A DNA stretch of 64,000 bases, from NCBI GenBank assembly GCA_963825205.1, contig CAWGSE010000016.1, positions 27,421 through 91,420 on the forward strand, written 5' to 3'. The first letter of the stretch is position 1. Each line of letters opens with the position of its first letter. Origin of the DNA: an uncultured Acidobacteriota bacterium (lineage in GTDB: Bacteria; Acidobacteriota; Terriglobia; Terriglobales; Acidobacteriaceae). This document shows, piece after piece, positions 59,015-64,000 of the stretch. A program made the position numbers and the translations under genes. The notes under the pieces were generated by a model. That model had not been told where the DNA came from, made no database searches, and saw only the letters and a program-made list of their open reading frames with translations.

Positions 59015-59213
59015 TAGCTTACAGATAACGAAATCGATTTCCGCGACAGGATGCCCCGTAGCGCGTCGCTGCGCGCGGCAGGGACTCTCAGGTCCTCCCG
59101 GTGTCAGCATGGAGCCTATAGGCCTGTTTACGGCATCGCAATGGGCATCGTAGAGGAGCTCCGAACCCCGCCGACGCTCCTTTTCAAGCGTCCAGTGTAT
59201 TATCTGTAAGCTA
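59015..59213. repeat. 199-bp segment bounded by a perfect 14-bp inverted repeat (MITE-like or structured RNA)
   Basis: TAGCTTACAGATAA at 59015-59028 pairs with TTATCTGTAAGCTA at 59200-59213. Internal palindromes are GAAATCGATTTC (59030-59041) and GCCTATAGGC. Confidence 0.7.
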
Positions 59214-59305
59214 ACAACTCGACGCTTTCCGGAATGTTCCCGCCCCGGACTTTGGCAACCGCCACCCACGGTTGGGCATCTAATACGTAGAAGGCAGGGA
59301 ACTTT

Positions 59306-59749
59306 ATGCGGAAGTTTTGGGTTGGAATTGGCGTGATGCTGTTGCTGGCCGGGGCGGCCCTCGCCGCGCCAAAGCCTGCGCGCAGTGAGGATCGGCCCTT
59401 TCCCGCCATCTTGAAGAACGCTCGCTTCGTATATGTAGCCGCTTACGACGGAGATCAGTTCAATCCCGGATTGCTGTCGGAGGATCGCGCCGCGATCGCA
59501 GCGGTAGAAGACTCGATCCGCAAGTGGGGCAAGCTGACCATCGTTTTCCGGCCGTCGGAGGCGGACATCATTCTGCTGGTCCAGAGCCGTCCGTCGGAAG
59601 ATGTGCTGGCGGTTTATGACGCGCATTTCCGGGGTGGGCAGTACTTGTGGCGGGCCATGGGCCGCGACGGTTTGCAGACTGGCGAGACGCCATTCGCGAC
59701 CGAGTTTGAAAAGGGCTTCGATGCAGTGCAGGGCAAGTCGGGGAAGTAA
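59306..59749 (+). CDS. Secreted hypothetical protein (147 aa)
   Basis: ORF track. Signal peptide MRKFWVGIGVMLLLAGAALAAP. Confidence 0.6.
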   Translation: MRKFWVGIGVMLLLAGAALAAPKPARSEDRPFPAILKNARFVYVAAYDGDQFNPGLLSEDRAAIAAVEDSIRKWGKLTIVFRPSEADIILLVQSRPSEDVLAVYDAHFRGGQYLWRAMGRDGLQTGETPFATEFEKGFDAVQGKSGK

Positions 59750-60046
59750 GGGGTAAGTCCAACAAGTTGCAGTAAGCGGACACGGACGTCGCATCTACCC
59801 AGGGTTTCGAACCTGATCCCAGGTGGATGCGAGCCGTGTTTTCGCCTTTCAGGGCGCATTTCGGACGACGATATTCGGCGCCGAAGGTGACTGGCCGGGC
59901 CCTTCCCATAACCTCAATCCATAACGTACGTGGTTCTTTGCGCGTGCCCACCCGTTACCTCTGTAACCTTTCCCAGGCGAATTGCCGCGGTTGCAAGGAA
60001 CGAAATTGTCACAATGAGCAGACCCTCTTCCATAGAAGGGAAGCTC

Positions 60047-60946
60047 ATGAGAATACGGCTCATCCTGGCCACGGTTGCCTGTGCGCTGATCGGCTCCGCC
60101 GGAGCGCAGCAAGTTCCCCCCATGACCTTCGGCTGGGTTCGCGCCAGTGACGAGGTCGTGCAACTGGACCCGGCCGACTATCACGGTGGGCGAGTTTATC
60201 GTCCCGGATCGGATGGCGGGAACATGCACATCATCCTCCAGGCCAGGCGACCCGTGACCGTGGCCATGGTAGGGACGGAGGAGTGGAACTCCGTCCAGCA
60301 GCACCCGGAGGCGTGGGGCAAGCTTGAGTTCCGCTGCATGCGCGAGCACGTGAGCAGCACCACCTACGAATGCCATCTCCCGCCGAACCAGCCCATGACG
60401 CTGGTCATTCACGACGAACGCACCCCCGAGCGCGCGCTCGTGCAGGGGATTGGAGCGATTCTCGGCAGGGACGCAACCCGGGCGTTCATCTCTCCCAACG
60501 ATGTGCAGATCACGTATCACAGCTGGTCCTGCGTCGCCAATTGCACTCAGCCGGAGTTTCAGTGGGTGCGGCTGGTGAAGGAAAAATACGAGCTGACGCC
60601 GGTGCCGAAGCTCTACAGCATCCTGACGCCCGAACAAGACGGGCAGAAGCTGTGGATGAAAATCAAGGCGCCGGTGCCGATGACGCTCGCGGTGCTGCCG
60701 TCGGCAACCGCGGATCAGATATACGACAAGCCCGATCAGCTAGGCGCAGCCCTGGCGCAGACTTCGTGCAAACAGCGCGGCGTGCAGACCATGGAGTTCG
60801 ATTGCCTGTTCAACCTGGCCGACGGGCCGCAGTCGCTGTTGATCGTCCCCAACGTAAAGTCGCACAAGAAAGCCGAGATCGACGTGCAGACTTACAAGTG
60901 CGTGGAAAATTGCGATCTGCTGAACGTGGGCGGCACGCAGCCGTAG
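60047..60946 (+). CDS. Secreted hypothetical protein
   Basis: Internal ATG 60047 of ORF 59930..60946 (GAAGGGA upstream). Signal peptide MRIRLILATVACALIGSAGAQQ. Confidence 0.6.
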   Translation: MRIRLILATVACALIGSAGAQQVPPMTFGWVRASDEVVQLDPADYHGGRVYRPGSDGGNMHIILQARRPVTVAMVGTEEWNSVQQHPEAWGKLEFRCMREHVSSTTYECHLPPNQPMTLVIHDERTPERALVQGIGAILGRDATRAFISPNDVQITYHSWSCVANCTQPEFQWVRLVKEKYELTPVPKLYSILTPEQDGQKLWMKIKAPVPMTLAVLPSATADQIYDKPDQLGAALAQTSCKQRGVQTMEFDCLFNLADGPQSLLIVPNVKSHKKAEIDVQTYKCVENCDLLNVGGTQP

Positions 60947-61000
60947 CTAAATGAGTGGTGGGGATTCGGGTGTCGCCCATGGCATCGTGGATTCAGACTT

Positions 61001-62491
61001 CTAAGCCTTGAAGTCCTTCACGAATTCCACCAAGCTCCGCACCGCGATCCCCGACGGGCCCTTGGCGATCCATGGCTTGGCTTCTTCTGTCCAGGCGGTT
61101 CCGGCGATGTCGAGGTGCAGCCAGGGCGTGTCTTCCGCAAATTCTTTCAGGAACATGGCGGCGGTGATGGCGCCGCCCCAGCGGCCGCCGGAGTTGACCA
61201 TGTCGGCGATGCCGGAGCGGATGACCTCTTTGTATTCGTCGTCGAGCGGCATGCGCCAGAATTTTTCGCCGGCCTGGTCTTCGGCCTTGCTGAAGCGCTC
61301 ATACATCTGGTCGTCGTTGGCGAAGATGCCGGCATTCACGTAGCCGAGCGCGACCACGACGGCACCGGTGAGCGTGGCCGCATCGACCAGGTGGGTGCAG
61401 CCGAGCTGACGGGCGTAGAACAGGCCATCGGCGAGGACGAGGCGGCCTTCCGCGTCGGTATTGATGATCTCGATGGACTTGCCCGACATGGCGATCTGCA
61501 CGTCGCCAGGTTTCTGCGCCTTGCCGGAAGGCATGTTCTCGGTGGCGCAGACGATGGCGGTGACTTTCACGTTGGGCTTGAGCAGCGCGATCGCGCGCAT
61601 GGCGCCCAGCATGGCGGCGCCGCCGGCCATGTCGTATTTCATCTTCTCCATGCCGTCGGCGGGCTTGATGGAAATGCCGCCGGTATCGAAGGTAATTCCT
61701 TTACCGACCAGGCCGAGCACGGGCTTCTCAGGCGCACCTGCCGGTTCGTAACGCAGGACGATGAGGGCGGGCGGTTCGTCCGATCCCTGGGCCACGCTCC
61801 AGAACGCACCCATCTTGAGTTCCTTGATCTTTTCGGCGCCGTACACTTCGCATTTCAGGCCGACTTCCTGCGCCATCTTCTTGGCTTGATTGGCAAGCAT
61901 GGTCGGGGTCATCCGGTTTGAGGGTTCGTTCACCAGGTCCCGGGTGAAGTTCTGCGACTCGCCAATCACGCGCGCATCCTCGAGCGCGGACTGCAACTTG
62001 CCTGTATCTCCACCGGCGATCACGGTCAGTTCATCGATCTTCTGATCCTTGCGATCGCTCTTGTAGGTGTCGGCCTCGAAGTTGCCGACGAAGGCGCCTT
62101 CCACGATGGCCTTGATGGCCTGCTCGGCGGGCATGCCGGCCGGCGGAGCCGCGAAGGCGAAGCTGCGCAAGCCGCGGGCCTTCAGGGTGCGCACCGCGGT
62201 TCCGGCCATGCGCCGCAACTCGAAGCCGGAGAATGCCTGGGCCTTGCCGCCTCCGATCAGCAGCAGACGCTTGGCCTTCAGGCCGGCAGGATGGTGCAGC
62301 AGGGTGACTTCGCAACTCTTGCCGGTTAATTCACCGTTGGCAATGACTTCGGCGGCGGCCTTCTTGACGGCGTCGTCGGCGGTCTCGACCGTGACCTCCG
62401 GTTTGTCTTTCGGGCCGCGATCGAGCACCACTGCGACCAGGCATTCCGTTTCCAACTGAGCAGGACGGGCAGAAGAGAGTGTGGTTTTCAT
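61001..62491 (-). CDS. pepA: Leucyl aminopeptidase (M17)
   Basis: NTDAEGRLVLAD and VGKGITFDTGG motifs. Start placed at ATG 62491 (MKTTLSSARPAQLE), with GGGGAGG upstream. Confidence 0.92.
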   Translation of the reverse strand: MKTTLSSARPAQLETECLVAVVLDRGPKDKPEVTVETADDAVKKAAAEVIANGELTGKSCEVTLLHHPAGLKAKRLLLIGGGKAQAFSGFELRRMAGTAVRTLKARGLRSFAFAAPPAGMPAEQAIKAIVEGAFVGNFEADTYKSDRKDQKIDELTVIAGGDTGKLQSALEDARVIGESQNFTRDLVNEPSNRMTPTMLANQAKKMAQEVGLKCEVYGAEKIKELKMGAFWSVAQGSDEPPALIVLRYEPAGAPEKPVLGLVGKGITFDTGGISIKPADGMEKMKYDMAGGAAMLGAMRAIALLKPNVKVTAIVCATENMPSGKAQKPGDVQIAMSGKSIEIINTDAEGRLVLADGLFYARQLGCTHLVDAATLTGAVVVALGYVNAGIFANDDQMYERFSKAEDQAGEKFWRMPLDDEYKEVIRSGIADMVNSGGRWGGAITAAMFLKEFAEDTPWLHLDIAGTAWTEEAKPWIAKGPSGIAVRSLVEFVKDFKA

Positions 62492-62785
62492 GAGCCTCCC
62501 CATTCTCTTCGGCGGCGCAGGAAACTGCAAGGCGGCCATGGTGGATTGCCGGGCAGCCGCCGAAAAAAATCCGCGGGCGGACAGAGGAGGGCGTCTGTCC
62601 CTGCGTGGGCGCATGGGGAAGCTTGTCACCAATCTGTCAACAAACGGTGACACCGCGAAAGCGAAGGTTTTACGCGGCGCAGACAGAAGGATGACAACTG
62701 CGTTGGCGGGCATGGCTACGCTCTTATCAACCTTAAGACATACCCGTTGCCCCGGGGCTTCGAAAATTGGACGGAGGAGACAGCG

Positions 62786-64000
62786 GTGAAGAAAATCACT
62801 TTGAATTTTATTCTGGGGGCCTTGGCGCTTTGCGCCACGACAGCGGCCTACGCCCAGCAGACGAGCTACGCGCAAACCAACCTGGTGGCGAACCAGGCAG
62901 GCGTGGCGAACCACACCGATGCGCAACTATCGAACCCCTGGGGAATTTCGTTCGTACCCGGCGACGTTTTCTGGATTGCCAACAACAATGGCGGCACCTC
63001 GACCACGTATGACGCCGCCGGCAACAAACAAACCATCACGACCGGGATTCCGGTAGCGAGCAACAACCCCTGCAACCCGGGCTGTCCGACGGGAACGGTC
63101 GCCAACTCGAGCACGGACTTCGGAGGCGCGCTGTTCCTGTTCGATACCGAGGACGGCATCCTGGCGAGTTGGAAGGGCACCTTGAACGCCACGAAAGTGG
63201 TGGATAACTCCGGGGCCAACGCGGTGTACAAGGGCCTGGCCCTGGTCAGCAACGCGGCTGGAAATTTTCTGCTGGCGGCAAATTTCCGCAGCGGCGCAGT
63301 TGACGTTTTCGACCGCAACTTCCAGGCCGCGACCCTGAGCGGCGGCACGTTTACGGACCCGAATTTGCCGGCCGGCTACGCCTCCCCACGGAATCCACGT
63401 GATTAACGGCAAGGTTTTCGTGGCCTATGCGATGCAGGATGCTCCCGAGCACGATCCCGTCCTGGGCGCTGGGCTGGGCGTGGTCGACGCTTTTGATACG
63501 GATGGGAAATTTTTCAAGCGCGTGGCCACCGGCGGCACGCTGAACGCTCCCTGGGGTGTGGCCGTGGCATCGGCCAACTTCGGAGTGTTCTCGAACGACT
63601 TCCTGATCGGCAATTTCGGCGACGGCAAGATCTTCGCCTATGACACGTCCCTGAATCCTCTCGGGCCCGTGGTCGACAGCAACAACGCGGCGATCACCAA
63701 CCCGGGATTGTGGGACATGGTGTTTGGAGCCGGCGGAACAGGAGATCCGAACACGCTGTACATCACGGCCGGGGGTGCGGCCCAAACGTCGGGACTGTTT
63801 GCGGCGCTGGTTCCGGCCGCGGCAGCCGGGACGGATTTCTCGCTCACGCTGTCGTCGCCCAGCGCTACGGTGACGCGGGGAGGATCGGCGGACGTCAATA
63901 TTGATGCCAGCGCCACGGGTGGCTTCAACAGCCCGATCAATCTTTCCTGCACCGGTCTGCCGGCGGGCGTGACGTGCGCGTTCAACCCGGCGACTATTAC
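62786..64000 (+). pseudogene. TIGR03118-like beta-propeller protein with C-terminal Ig-like region; frameshift near 63381-63387; 3' end outside the window
   Basis: GTG 62786 (GGAGGAG upstream) gives the signal peptide VKKITLNFILGALALCATTAAYAQQ. NLVANQAGVANHTDAQLSNPWGISF is also present. After the frameshift, my translation continues PPHGIHVINGKVFVAYAMQDAPEHDPVLGAGLGVVDAFDTDGKFFKRVATGGTLNAPWGVAVA... and is open to the window end. This could be a sequencing error. Confidence 0.75.

Noticed and set aside
58991-59794. 267-aa minus-strand ORF covering the inverted-repeat segment and the opposite strand of the 59306 gene.
   Set aside because: It has no recognisable domains, no ribosome-binding site, and an Arg/Pro-rich composition. 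It is antisense to an ORF with a clear signal peptide and RBS.
59785-59835. tRNA-like T-arm sequence on the minus strand (GGTTCGAAACC inside CGCATC...GATGCG).
   Set aside because: Only a 6-bp closing stem and an imperfect T-arm with an 8-nt loop can be drawn. There is no D-arm, anticodon arm or full acceptor stem. At most it is a tRNA 3' fragment.

Overview
This is a high-G+C bacterial chromosomal segment. Protein signatures suggest an Acidobacteriota-like genome, which is an inference and not a search result: prepilin N-termini MRKQKGFSLIELLIVVAIILIIAAIAIPNLL, TIGR03118-like and GxxExxY proteins, and GHPP/GWATR-type intergenic repeats. I count about 55 protein genes. Most are housekeeping: secA, metG, argS, pepA, xerD, xerC, larC, tatD, yajQ, a polyprenyl synthase, two M16 peptidases, an ABC-2 exporter, a LigD polymerase domain, ECF sigma plus YciI, and vapBC. 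Others are a decaheme MtrA/MtrB-like pair at the left edge, a heptaheme-TPR protein, a Ser/Thr kinase-beta-propeller protein and three tandem prepilin genes. I found no rRNA, tRNA or CRISPR. Three things stand out. (1) A DedA-rhodanese ORF has an in-frame TGA exactly where the catalytic Cys is expected, followed by a hairpin, so it is a candidate selenoprotein. A second in-frame TGA forms a CxxU motif in the kinase gene. (2) An unusual family of composite hairpin repeats has arms built from degenerate 7-11 nt micro-repeats, and it fills most gene junctions between 46 and 57 kb. It includes a 1,052-bp unit with perfect 26-bp terminal inverted repeats carrying a GxxExxY gene, an arm pair enclosing a 14-bp tandem array, and a roughly 157-bp copy translated in frame inside argS. 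(3) Each gene of the pilin triplet has its own sigma-54-type promoter and intrinsic terminator. Caveat: at least ten conserved genes, including the essential secA and argS, are broken by single-nucleotide frameshifts. The sequence may therefore contain indel errors, and all pseudogene calls are provisional.
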